Shown here: in pieces, positions 1-13,400 of the stretch
Layout of the letters: every line of letters begins with the position of its first letter
Position numbering within the stretch: position 1 is the stretch's first letter
NCBI RefSeq assembly: GCF_046119375.1
Contig: NW_027362768.1
Coordinates: 375,100,001 to 375,164,000, forward strand
DNA length: 64,000 nt
Reading direction: 5' to 3'
Source: Phyllobates terribilis
Taxonomy: Eukaryota
Program-made: the position numbers and the translations under genes
Notes under the pieces: model-generated
What the model was told of the DNA's origin: nothing
What the model saw: only the letters and a program-made list of their open reading frames with translations
Database searches by the model: none

Positions 1-1383
1 TAACCAATTATACCAGACAGGAGCAAAACAATTTTCATATGTTGGTTAAAATAGTCATTAACCACCCAGTTTTAAAGGAGGCTTAAAACTGGGTGAGGAA
101 CAGTTAAACTGCTACAAAAGGTGGTTATAGAAGACCAATTCATGTCACAGGTTAATCAATAAGGCAAGACTGTGCACATCAACAAAAAAAAAAAAAAAAG
201 GTAGTTACACTGCATCAGCAAGGTCTCCCCCAGGCAAAGATTTCAAAGCAGACTGGGGTTTAAGCTGTTTTAGTCACACTCTTAAAGAAGCACCAAGAAA
301 TGGGCAACTGAGGACTGTAAATGCAGTAGTCAGCCAAGGACACTTTGTGCAGTAGAGGAAAGAAAATAGTTACTTCTCTTCAAACTCTGCACATGTCTAG
401 CAGTGCCATCAGCTCAGAACTGACAGCAACCAATGGGACCTAGCTGCACATATCTATTGTTGGGCGAAGTCTGTCTAGAAGTGGCATTCATGGAATAATT
501 GTTGTCAAAAGCCATACCTACTACAAGGAAGCAAGGCCAAGTGACTATGTTTGAAAACATAGGAACTGGGGTGTAGGAAAATGGACGCAGGTTCTCTGGA
601 CCGAGTTAAATCAGAAGTATTTGGCTTTGACAGAAGCAGTTTGTCACCAAAAGGGCTGGAGAGCGGCACAATTAGGGTCCCTAAAGTTTGGAGTTGCATT
701 TCAACAAATTGAGTTTGGGGATTTGCTTAGGATAAACGGTGTCCTCAAGGATGAGTAATAAAGGCAGATTCATCATGTAACACCATCATCAGGGAGGCAT
801 CTGACAGGATCCAAATTTATTCTGCGGCCAGACAACAACCCCAAACATCCAGCCAGCGTCATTAAGCATGATTTGCAAGAATGAGGAGTCCTGGAGGTGA
901 TGATTTGGCCCCACAGAGCCTTGATCTCAGAATCAGTCTGTCTGGGATTACATGAAGGGATAGAAGAATTTGCACAAGTGACATCCACAGAAGATCTGGG
1001 GTCAGTCAGATGTTTGGAACTTGCTTGCTGAGTTCCTTCAAAAATTGTGTGAAGTATACCTAGAAGACTGGCAGTCACCCAATATTGATTGGATTTTGAT
1101 TTCTCTTGTTCATTCTCTTTGCATTTAGCTAATAGATTAATATAGAAGTGTTGATGGTTTATTTTTATCTATGGTGACTCCATGAGAAATATGGTGCCAG
1201 AGTAGAGATCCAGTCCGTGAAACATAAGAGGAAAACTCTGCTCATGTGACTACAGTCGCTGTACATTTTTTCTTCATCACAACTTCTGATTGCCAGTTTA
1301 CCTCTTATAACACTAGTATTTCAGTAACCAATCTTACTTTGCTGCACTTTTCCACACTTGCCTAAAACTTTTGCACAGTACTG
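1..1383 (+). mobile_element. Degenerate Tc1-like DNA transposon, 5'-truncated by the window edge
   Basis: Decayed transposase motifs on +: DNNPKH (gacaacaaccccaaacat, ~830-847) and WPPQS-like (tggccccacagagc, ~906). Many stops and frameshifts. Terminal sequence acttgcctaaaacttttgcacagtactg ends at 1383, followed by TA. Confidence 0.75.
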
Positions 1384-2349
1384 TAATATATTATACATGA
1401 AAAATAATGGTCATTTTCAGATAATTTATTCTGGTGAAACCACTTACCACCATAGATCTCACCTCATGAGTATCTTTGGACAAAAGCGATACATGTAAAT
1501 GTGTCCATAACATCTCAACTCCTTTGCAAATTCTGGAGCCAGCGTGGAATGATGCTCAGGGGGAAAGTAGCGCAAGGCATTCTCCAAAGCAAGCTGCAAA
1601 GATAGCACAGAGAAGATACTTTACCCAGATTCACTAAACCTGCATGTCATGGTCTCACTATTTACATGTGCTATATTGTTCAGAATCACTAATTTAATAC
1701 AGCAACCTCAGCGTTTCAGGATGGCTTTAGGTCCTACAAACTTGGAATGGTTGGAGAGTTTCAGTGCTTACAATATTAGGTGATCTTTGACCTCTGAACA
1801 CCTTCACATCCCTACGATCAGGAACCAGCAGCGCTTTGAACGCAGCATATTTTCGCTGAGTCTAAAATGCTGCACTTGTTTTGTCAGTACATGCAGATCC
1901 ACCGCATGTAAGGACATTTAATTGGTTAATATCTGCAGCGGAGACTTGCATCTCTGCTACAGAAATTGACATGTTGTGGCCTGTAAACCCGCACCTTAGG
2001 CGACTTTACGTAGCATCAAACAAGCACAGCAGGCATGGGATTTCTACAAATCGCATCCACTGTGCTTGTACTGTTGAACACAGCGTTTTGGACGCAGTGC
2101 AGGTGAGCTGAGCCCAAAGCTCTGCTATTCCTGATCATGGGCACATACCCTTAGAGTGTAGCAGGATCCAGACTGGAAAGAAAGGTCTCCATCTGGCAGC
2201 TAAAAGGACTTGATATCCATTACTAAACAGTTTCAGATAAGACACTCATGTATGCTAATACTCTGGCCTTTCTTAATACCATCTTAGAGAGTCACAATTT
2301 CATACAGTTTCCCTGATATAAAGCAATTGCACCCTTCCTCACTGATCGC

Positions 2350-2350
<1 letters not shown>

Positions 2351-2389
<39 letters not shown>
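2351..2389. repeat. (ATC)n microsatellite, ~13 units
   Basis: Direct reading of the sequence. Confidence 0.95.
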
Positions 2390-2393
<4 letters not shown>

Positions 2394-4682
2394 TCATAAT
2401 TTCTTTATTGTGAGTTGCAACTTGCATTATATGCTATACTTCAATCACCTCCAGAGCTGCAGTCAAAGTTCTGCTTGTATCTTGAGAGCAGTTCATTACA
2501 GGAGCTGAGGAGACTCCTGAAGAGCCTGGTACACATCAGACAGCAGAATAGTGAAAACCTGTTGTCTCTTTCAAACTAGCAGGAACATACACCTCGCCAT
2601 GTACGGAGGACGTAGAAATGGCTTAGATTTGGTTGAGAAAAGTGAAGAGTTTATGAAGGGGATGAAGCTGATGGAATTACAGGTTATAGATGTTACACGC
2701 CACATGTAGCAGAGCTGGATTTGCCTGTGATCAGCCACATGTGACCATACATAGAATTATCTGCTAAAACCTCATCACTATGCGCTGTGCAGATGACACA
2801 TCTAGCTCTGCTACATCATTTTATATAGAGGAGATTCGCATATAAGCAGCCCAGGAAACCAAAGGCTTTGCACAAATGCAGGCCGAGCCTGGGATCAAGG
2901 ATAAAGTGACATGAAAGACAGGACGGTAGCAAACACCATATCATGGGGAGGCGGCCATCTGTGCCCATCGGGTGGTTACTTGTTTACGGCTACTTGTTGC
3001 ACAATGAAAGGGAATTATTAACCCAATTACCGCCCCATCCCCACCAGACCCACAAAATGCAACAAATGGCAGTAGGCCTCAGTAATCAAAATGGACCTGA
3101 TGAAAATACCTGCTGCCCGTAGAAACCAACCAGAGAACGGCTTACAATTCCAAACCTGCTCCTGTAAGATGAAAGCCAAGCTCTGATTGGTTACTCTGGT
3201 AAATTGAAAGCTGTACTGCGATTGGCCGTAACTTTCCTTTTACACAGCTTTGAAATCAACAGTGTGTGAACCCAGTTGATTTTCCTGGACACATTATGTT
3301 CCCTTTTTAGATCACTAGTCTCATTAGGACAACATACTGTTTCTTAAAGGGCTTCTTTATTTGTCGAGAAGTGAGCAGGGCCTGTTGCCCATAGCAACCA
3401 ATCACAGCGCCGCTTTCACTGTCTAAAAGGAGCATAGAATATAAGAGCTGTGCTCTGATTGGTTGCTCTGGGAAACAGGTGGTTTCATAAATGTGTGTCT
3501 ATAGCTAAGAGCTTTTACTTCAGTGGGATTTATAAATCCTCATAACCAAGATGGTGTGCAGTGGAACATTGCTCAGCTCTTCAGGTTTCCGTGCCAAACG
3601 ACAAAAAAAAAAAATAAAAAAAAAAAATATAGCATACTGTGTCAGATTTACCAAGATGGCTCGCGTGGCCCAGTCACATCTCTTACGCCACAAGACTGTC
3701 TAAACTCAGAAGAAAAATGTGCTGCACAAACCCGATTCCATTTTGTGTGGAGAGTTCCCTCCTTCCTTACAATCCTTCACCTTTTTCTTGCTGTCAGTGA
3801 ATAGAAACCTTCATGTGGCTGAAAACGCATCATGATCCATTCTGTTACAATGTATCAGTTCATCCTGACCTGCGCTCCAAGCCAATAGCTCAACTTTGCC
3901 ACTCTGGAGCCTGAAGGGACCTAATACCGTCAGGATCCTCAAGTTTTAATTGGACCAGTTGTTTCTAGTTGGGGGTCCAACCATTAGAGTCAATATCACA
4001 ATGCGCCATTACAATCATGCAGCGGTTGAGGGGCCCCTGGTGCAGACTCTCTTAGGGTCCAGGAGCTTCCAGTTCTGTCTCTGGGGGGGGGGGGGGACGT
4101 AGATCCCCATCACATCCCAGACAACTCTGAAGATCTCCCGCAGAGAGCAGGATCATTGATCCCAGAACTCAGCATAGTGTGGAACTACTAATCCCAGGCT
4201 CCAGCACTCCACAAGCCTCCATATAGGAGGAACTAAGGAATGGGCAGATGATTGCACACTCACCTTCTCATCCTGTGCAGAGAGCTGGGGGGTCCGGATA
4301 GGAGCATGAGGGACCCCATCATCCTTTCCTCTGTTTTCAGGCAGGGGATGGAGGGGAATACCAGCACACAGCTCCTGCAGACTAATCATCCTGAAGGTTC
4401 AGAGCCACCGGGACAAGTGGTCTCACCCAAGAGACCCTGGGGAAAAAAAAATCAGGTAGAACTGCCCCACCCACGACCGTGCTGCAGCCTCATTGGTCAA
4501 TACCTTTCCCCAAATTAATGTGTTACCTGAGCCACTCTTACAGACACAGCACATACCTCAGGCTCTGCGGACACCTCGCTAGATGCATTACTTTCCTGCT
4601 TGTCACTTTATTATTTTCCTATCAAATTTTCAAAACAAAATCACTAAAAGGTGCATTAATGGCTGCAGCTGTGATTGCAACC

Positions 4683-4829
4683 GGCTACGGTCACACTATC
4701 AGTATTTGTAGGCCAAAACCAGGAGCGGGTCAAAAATATTGAATTGGTGCATGTGTTTCAATTATACTTTTTCTCTGATTGTTCCTCACCTGGTTTTAGC
4801 TTACAAATACTGATAGTGTGACCGCAGCC
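4683..4829. mobile_element. Short MITE related to the 8621/19491/28182 family
   Basis: TIRs ggctacggtcacactatcagtatttgta ... tacaaatactgatagtgtgaccgcagcc. Internal sequence (ccaaaaccaggag...ttttctctgattgttcctcacctggtttt) is shared with the other copies. Confidence 0.75.
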
Positions 4830-5229
4830 TTACAAGGTTGTCCACATTTCTTTTTTAACTTCAAAAATAATTCTTACAATTTGGGTTCATTAAAATATTT
4901 TGCACCATTTGGCTTTTACAGGTTTTTTGTTTCCCTGATGTGTGGTGTGTGGTTTGTGGTTATAAATCATCTCAGAGGAGCTCAGAAAAAAAAGATAGAG
5001 GAGTTACAAAGTCTCCATTCAGAATAAACTCACTGAGAGTTTTTCAGTTAACTCTTTTTTTTGCAGCCAGCAATAGACAATGCAGCACAGAAGTGATAAA
5101 AGGCAAACGGTGCAAGATTTTAAAAGAAATCCAATTGCAAAAAATTTCAATCCCCACTACATATATTTAAGTAAAAAAAATATTCCCAAAGGTGGACAAC
5201 CCCTTTAAATGTTGCATGGTTGTTATTAA

Positions 5230-5608
5230 AGGAAACCTGTCACCATGAAAATACAGTATAATCTGCAGGCATCATGTTATAAAGCAGGGGGAGCTCAGCA
5301 GATTGATGTATAGTGCTGTGAGAAAAGACTAGGTATAACCTGGATTTTCATAATTTAACCCTTGCTCTTTCTGGGATTTTTGGTCCAGTGGGCGGGGCTA
5401 CCTTTATATAAGTGTGCATACAGAAATAACTGTCAGTCACTGATAGGACCACCCACTGGAATCCCAGAAAGAGCAGAGGTATAAAGGAATAAATTTCAGG
5501 TTGTACTGAATCTTTTCTCACAAAATCCCATATCATTCTGCTCACCTCCTCCTTCTCTATAACATGGTGCCCGCAGATCGCATTGCATTTTCTTGGTGAC
5601 AGGTTTGC
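5230..5608. mobile_element. TTAA-flanked MITE (T2/Kolobok-like)
   Basis: ttaa|aggaaacctgtcacca ... tggtgacaggtttgc|ttaa, with an internally inverted-symmetric body. Confidence 0.6.
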
Positions 5609-6836
5609 TTAAGGTTATGACTACAAACAACATATGTCATTATTTGACACTGCATCTAATGATTGTCAATGTGGTCACTCTGTAGCAACCACAAAGAGAC
5701 TGTAGTCAAGAATTCAAGCTAAATCCAAAATGCTTTTTATTCCAGGAACAGCGCCACCTTTGACCATAGGCTGTGTCTGGTATTGCGGCTTAGTTTTTAC
5801 AGCAGTACCAGATGTAGCCTATAATAGGCTGTTGATCCTGTAGTAAATCTCTCCTGAGGACGTCTGCCGGCTTAACTCTTTCATATAATAAGAGTGATGC
5901 TGTTTCTAGAAAGAAAATAATATAAGATCCCCCCCTTGTTGGATTAAGGAAAATCTGTCCCAGAATTTAACATTTTGGAAAGTTCTGCAATTTTGTAGTC
6001 TGGGACTAAATGACAACTGCACTTTATGCCTCTGCTACATCACAGCACAGAACAAGGATATTGGGTCACATTGTGACCCACAAAGTACTGCGACAAGAAA
6101 GCTCAGAGTTCTGACATTTTGCCTGTCGCAGTCGCATTCCCTCACAACATGACCCATCACCCGCCTTAACCTTTAATTAGTCGCATGGGGTCTATTGGAC
6201 CCCAAAAAGTTTGTTTTCATCATATTTCCGCAGGTTTGGACGGCAGGTAACAGTCCGTTTCAGTAGCCCTAGATTGCATGCCCCTCCTTTAATATATGTT
6301 TATTTTTTTATATGACCCTCGGACCCCACACGACTAATTGTGTAAGTATTTTGGCACGGATAGCTGAAGTTTAATATGTTGTTTCGCAACCAAAGCCTCC
6401 ATGTAGCAGCAGCCTTCTGATTCTACATCATGTTCAAGGTCCCTGCTTGCTGTAACTGAACGGAAACATTACTTTTTTTTACATTCAGACGTTGAAAACC
6501 TGGAAGCAGCGCTGCAGTTTGTCGCAGTGTGTCAGTGCATGCGATGGTCTATTCCCACTTTACATTTAATTGTTGTGCGGATTATTCCCTCTATCCAAAA
6601 TATCTAAACCTTGATTGGAAAGGGCATATGGCACATGTGAACATGTCATCATCATCCTATGAGCTCTGGACCAAGCTACACAGATACATTGTAACGAACT
6701 CTCAGCTGTGAGTATATCAAGACAAGTTTTCAGCCTCTGACCATAAACAAGAATGTTTCTATTCATTGACAGCAAGTAAGATGTTAACAATAGGGCATGA
6801 AGGTCAATGGCAGGTGCCTGCAGTGCACGTCTGCGC

Positions 6837-6890
6837 CCAGCAGAGGGCACTGCACAGTTGCAATCCATGAAGTGAGTGGGCGGAGTCGCT
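6837..6890 (+). promoter_or_regulatory. Candidate promoter elements of the netrin-4-like gene (CTCF-like motif and GC box)
   Basis: CCAGCAGAGGGCAC at 6837-6850 matches the CTCF core. GGGCGGAGT (Sp/KLF-type) lies at ~6878. Both are ~550-590 bp upstream of the proposed ATG. Motif match only. Confidence 0.4.
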
Positions 6891-7424
6891 TCCCACGTGT
6901 TGGGCATTTAATTTAAAGTGACAGCAGCCTCGGGGAGAGTCATGAAACTGACAGCCCGGCCGCCTCCAAGTGAGAGAGGATTCAGCATCTCAAGGAGGAA
7001 GGAGCCGAGGACCAGAGCATCTCCCGAGAGTATCAGGTCAAGATCAGGAGAGCAATAGGAACAGGATCGCACTCACCTCCATTCATAAGCAGCTAGTGTG
7101 CAATATATGGTTTATATGTCCAATTATTGCTGCTGGGACTAAATATCTGCAAAAAAAGGAGTCTGATTTAAGGGGGTGGAGTAGAAGCTGACATCAGAGC
7201 ACCAGAGCTGCAGGAGTCGTTACACTGACATGTGGAGATAGGAGGTAGAATCATCCACTGGATAAGAGCTGTAGGGAGGTAACCCCAAAGATGAGACTAG
7301 CTGTCCCCACTGCTGACCATGTCTGACTGACAGCCCGAGGAGCAGAGACCGAGGGGCCCTGGGACAGGCTGTGCAGAGCTGAGGGCAGCAGAGCAGCCTT
7401 TCTCATCAGATCATCACCCCCATC

Positions 7425-10400
7425 ATGCAGGGAATCACTATCATTGTGTTCCTGGAATGGATTGTCTCAGTGCACACAGACACAGGTAAGGATGGTGGGC
7501 ACAGGCAGGTGTGTGGGGGGCTGGGGATCCAACTCATATCATACACTGAGAGTGTAGCTGGGAGTTGTAGTACAACTAAACAGTTAAAGCCATTAGATTA
7601 TCTGTGATTATAGAGGAGATGTCACTTTATTTCTTCTTCCATCTTGGAGTGTTGTCTGTTGTTGTATGTAGTTAGGAGGTGAATACATTCATAGACAGAT
7701 GATAATGGGGTCAATAGACAGATCTTCCTAAAGAATTAATTAAAAAAGACCCAGCTGCCGTAGAACCTCTTGGGCAAAGAAACAGTAATGTGTGTGTTTC
7801 AGCTGACTGACTGCTTCTGAGCGCTGCCTCTGTGATGGACAGGGTGGAAACGGTCAGTACATTATAATTCCAGCTTCTCAGGTAGGTTCCTCTATTTCCG
7901 TAGATACATCAAGATTTTCATTTGCTCTCTGATGTCAGTTGGTTGTAAGAGCCAAGAAAATGTGACACATAATCAATACAGCGGAATAATATAGTACGTT
8001 CCAAGGCTCAGATCTCACAGCCCCCAGATACATTATGGATACACAGACTATCAGATGGTGGGTTGTGTGGTCTTGTCTCACTGCAGATCAGCTGTATCCT
8101 CCTGAGTAATACTGATGAAAAGGCATCAGCCCCAAAATACCTAGGACACCCCCCAAGAATAATGGGTTGTCACCCAGCTATGCACTCACCACTCACCTCA
8201 CTGCCAAGTAAATTTATCATTCAGGAATCTGGGAAAGCGTAAAGTCTCAGGATCAGTAATGTAATGTATGTACATAGTGACTGCACCAGCAGAATAGTGA
8301 GTGCAGCTCTGGAGTATAATACAGGATGTAACTCAGGATCAGTAATGTAATGTATGTACACAGTGACTGCACCAGCAGAATAGTGAGTGCAGCTCTGGAG
8401 TATAATACAGGATGTAACTCAGGATCAGTACAGGATCAGTAATGTAATGAATGTACACAGGACTGCACCAGCAGAATAGTGAGTGCAGCTCTGGAGTATA
8501 ATATAGGATGTAACTCAGGATCAGTGCAGGATCAGTAATGTAATGTATGTACACAGTGACTGCACCAGCAGAATAGTGAGTGCAGCTCTGGAGTATAATA
8601 CAGGATGTTACTCAGGATTAGGCCACGGCCCCACTATCAGTATCCGGTCAGTATTTTTTTCTCAGGAGTGGGAACCAAAACCAGGAGTGGGTGATAAATG
8701 CAGAATTGGTGACTTGTTTCTATTATACCTTTTCTCTGATTGTTCCTCATCTGGTTTTGGCTCCCACTCCTGAGAAAAAATACTGATCGAATACTGACCA
8801 AATACTGATAGTGGGGCTGTGGCCTTAGTACAGGATCAGTTATGTAATGTATGTACACAGTGACTGCACCAGCAGAATAGTGAGTGCAGCTCTGGAGTAT
8901 AATACAGGATGTAACTCAGGATCAGTACAGTATAAGTAATGTAATGTATGTACACAGTGAGTCTACCAGCAGAATAGTGAGTGCAGCTCTGGAGTATAAT
9001 GCAGGATAAACTCAGGATCAGTAATGTAATGTATGTACACAGTGACTGCACCAGCAGAATAGTGAGCGCAGCTCTGGGGTATAATACAGGATGTAACTTA
9101 GGATCAGTACAGGATCATTAATGTAATGTATGTACACAGTGACTGCACCAGTAGAATAGTGAGTGCAGCTCTGGAGTATAATACAGGATGTAACTCAGGA
9201 TCAGTACAGGATCAGTAATGTAATGAATGTACACAGGACTGCACCAGCAGAATAGTGAGTGCAGCTCTGGAGGATAATACAGGATGTAACTCAGTATCAG
9301 TACAGGATCAGTAATTTATCTTATAATACAGAGCTTGATGCAGTTTCCAGCAATAGATTACTGATTATAGGGAATTGGCATTTCCAGCTCGCACATGTGT
9401 TGATGACACATTGAGAGCTTGGAAGAAGATGGATTGTTTCCAATATTTCTGGCTCTGCTCATATCAGGGATTGATTAACAAAGTGTAACTGTAATCAATG
9501 GCAACTACATTTTGCTAATTATTTATACTTTGTTTTTAAACCATTTTAAAGGGCCACTACAACTATTAGCAGCAATTTATAATAGCGCAGGAGCGGACAT
9601 ACCATTGGTGCAACTGCACAGGGTCCGAAGAGATAAGGGGGCTCAGTTCCACTCCAAAAGCAGGTGAAATCCTGCATTATGATGAATTATTGGACTGCAA
9701 AGGGCCCATACACTGTTCTTGCACAGGGGTCTCTTCTGTCTGTGTCCGCTCCTGCACAGGAGGCTATAAAACACAAGGGGCTAAAATCAGTCAAACCTAT
9801 AGATGTAAATGTCTCGGCACTGGTGGAGATCAGCAAAATAAAGTAGTCATCATGGAGCATTCTCTATGTCAAAATAACTAATGGCTGATAACAGGGAACA
9901 ATAGTTTGCATTTGTGTGCACTGTCTATGAAGATCAGACAGATTGTAGACTCACATAACGATAGTGCCATACTGTGTTATCTGTCCTTACTGCATTACAT
10001 TTTGCAAGAGTGTTTTGTTTTCTGCACTCATGTCAACATACAGCCTGTTATAAAGGGTGCCTGTGTCTGGAGGAGAATCTGGCATCAGGTGTTCAATTTC
10101 CCTGCAGCGCCCCCACAGGAGACGTGAAGCATTACACATTTCCTATTGAATGTTTAGGCTGTGTAATGTGTAAGTGGCGAATCCTCCACAGAGCCGCTCT
10201 CTTCTCCAAATGAGGGACCACTAGTGACTTACAATTATCTAATAAGGATTCTGAAAATCAGTTTACAACCCTTCTAAGTGGTTTCCTACCATATTAATGT
10301 AAGATCACCCAGGGTGACCGTAAATTGGACGCTTGTGTAGGGAAAGAACTTCCTGACGTGCCACAACCGACAGTGACTGACCGCAGTCCTGGATTCCATC

Positions 10401-13400
10401 ATGTCAGTCCTATGCTGAGCCAGATGTTACAAGCTGTGAGATCTGCTCTGTGTGTCATCCCTTGGCCTTTGTTACTATGTATCAGTGCAAGTTAAATGCA
10501 TCAATATGGAGTCCAGGGTGTTTGGCTCAAAGAGGACTGTCTAGCCTAGATACATTTGTAACAAACCATCAGCTGTGAGATGTATTGGGTCCATACAGGT
10601 TTTGAATGCAAATAATAAGCTTTCAATTCACTGACAGCAATCAGAGACCTTAAAATTAAATGTAAAAATAGCAGAATTTTTCATTATGCGATAAGTTACA
10701 TAAATCTTTTCATTTTGTTTTTACTCTTTTGCTTTTTCAGTTGTTCCTTTACATGTAGGAAAATTCAGTCTGCTAGAAACCATCAATAAGTAGGCTGCTG
10801 ACAGATCATTACAATAGTCACTAGTGACTTTCTTTGGGTGGGGAAACATTGAATTTCTGTTGTGTTCACAAACCTTTTTCTGCTTTTACAGATCAGCCTA
10901 TGAGTAGAGATGAGTGAATCCTTTCCCCGAAGCAGTGGTCACGTTAATAGTCCGTGGCCACCAGACAGGAGCCCTCCTACCTGACGGAATCCCCAGTGCC
11001 TCTTAGTTATAGACCCACTGCAGCATCATTGTTGCGGTGTGATACATGCATGATGTCACGCTGGGCCTAGTAATCAGAATGGGCGCTGGGGATGTCAGCA
11101 GGTAGGATGTGATTCTCAGGGCTCCCGTTCGGTGGCAACAGAATATAGATGTGGCTGCAAATGGACTCGTTCATCTCTATCTGTGGCGGATACTGCGTTA
11201 CGTCATCTAATGAACCATTTTTGCTATTTTTAATTTAGGGGCCAAAATACGTTTTGGAGGGCCACATTTGCTGCAGTGTGCAGTCTTGTATTGTAGTTGA
11301 TTATTATTTTGCATCCATAGTCCACACTGTTTATTATGTATCTTTCCCACAGTTATTTGCTGTGATGCCAGCAGTTGGGTAAGATGTGGTTAATGCCGCA
11401 GCGGGCTCCCTGGCTTATGAGACAGGATGCTGGCTGATTATTGGAGAATGGATCCGGTTCAGCGGCTGCAGTCAGAGAATCAGTGTATGCAACAGCAGCT
11501 CCCAAAGAGATAAGGCCGCTTCCCCAGGCATCAGCAGTTTATGAATTATTGAAGATCTGTGCTGGTAACTGAGGTCGCTCCGTTGTCTGTTTGCCAGGCG
11601 GGCAGGAGGACGACCCTGACTGTGTCCAAACTCAATGAAAATAATTGCAAGCTCTGCGCGCAACGGAGAGTACATCACCCTATGTCACCACAGTCCCCTG
11701 TGTGGTCATTTGTGCTGTCACATTACGCCGCCTTTATCATTGTGTAATGAAAAGTTTGGGATGTCACCACTTCCGGTCAAAGCAGAAACCACCAAAGTGG
11801 CAGTGGTGAAAAGAAATGATCAATTTATCAAGTGTAAGGTTTTTCTTGCCAGTCTCAAAAGAAATTTTGATGAGGTAGGCTGTGCCAAATTTATTACTAG
11901 ACACCTCTTCATACATTTTGGACATCTTTAGCCTGTCCACATTCCAGATAATGAAATCTACACCTGCTTTGAGCTAGTGTAAATTGCAGCCATGATATTC
12001 ACCGGTTTTCTGGTGTACATCAGAATAAGGGCTCATACTCACTTGCGAGAAAAACGGACAAGTGCAATTCGTTAAAAAATCGTATTGCACTCTGCCCAAT
12101 GTTATTCAATGGGTTACATCTCATCTGCGATTTTTTTTTTTTTTGTTCTCAGCTCAAAAATCGGACTGAGAAAAATCGCAGCGTGCTGGGATTTGCCACG
12201 TATATCGGACGAGACTCACCAATGCAAGCCAATGGATGCGAGAAAAAAAACGGATGGCATACGGACCATCCGTTTGCCATCCGACTTTTACGGATACTTT
12301 ACCATTCTGTAGCATAGAACACTGTAAATGATTTCAGAATAATAGTTGCATAGAAAAAAAACGCATTGCATATGGATGTCATACGGATCCTAGGTGTGAA
12401 AAATCGCATTGTCCTCTCATGAAAATGTCATGACACTTGCATGGCATTCGTCCTTCTTTTTGGTCCAGAATACGGAACGTTTTTTTTCTCACATATGGGT
12501 ACGGAGCCCTAAATCTGTTGCTCGGGGGGTTGGACATGGTCCTTACTGCTAATTCCTACCCATATTTTTAAGAAAAGTGTCAAGCATGGCACAAACATTT
12601 GCAATTTTTATTTTTTCACAGGCACCCCTTGTGCCTAATTTTGCAAATTTTTGATGCCAGAAAAACAATTTCTTAAGGCCGGAGAGTGGGGAATAATCTC
12701 CTAAACCTATATAGACCAAATACTTCTCACAGTTTGGGTTTTATCATACTTGTATCCAGCTTACATATCTCACTGATAGAAACAAATTGGACTTCAGACT
12801 GATACGTTGTAGCAAACATAAATGGACCCTAAATTCATGCTGCCTGAAGCACGAGCAGCAGGAATCACACAATACAGCCAAGTACTGCATGTCTTTCTCC
12901 AAAACGCTGCGGTTCTAAAGCCCAGATCTCGGGGTCCCAGCCGTCCCCTATTTATTAACAGCAAGGAGAGATGTTGAAATAGGAACAAAAATTGAAGACA
13001 CATGCAAGCCTCACTGTCTTTCTTTTCTCTCCAGCCAAGTTCCACCATCTCCGGTGTGATGGACATTCCTGCAACCCCCCGGTTGGGAACCTTGCTACCG
13101 GCCGGACTCCATTCACCCTCACCACCTGCGGCCAGAATGTCAGTGAATTGTATTGTTCCTACCCTGAGGTCCGGTACCAGCAGATAGCCATCTCCTGCAG
13201 CCAAAGTTTGTGCACGAAATGTAGCATCAACCAGCCGGAGAACTCGCACCTTCCCTCTCACATGACAGATGACGTCTTCTCCAGTCCGGGCACCTGGTGG
13301 CAGTCGGCGCAGGGTGTCCTCAAGGAGGAGATCAGGTTGGACTTTGAGACTGAGTTTTACTTGACGCACGTCATCATGGTCTTCAGGTCCCCACGGCCTG

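Noticed and set aside
8246-9315. CRISPR-like appearance of the regular arrays (also at 38411, 58033 and 17011)
   Set aside because: No unique spacers, because whole units repeat; no cas genes; eukaryotic intronic context.
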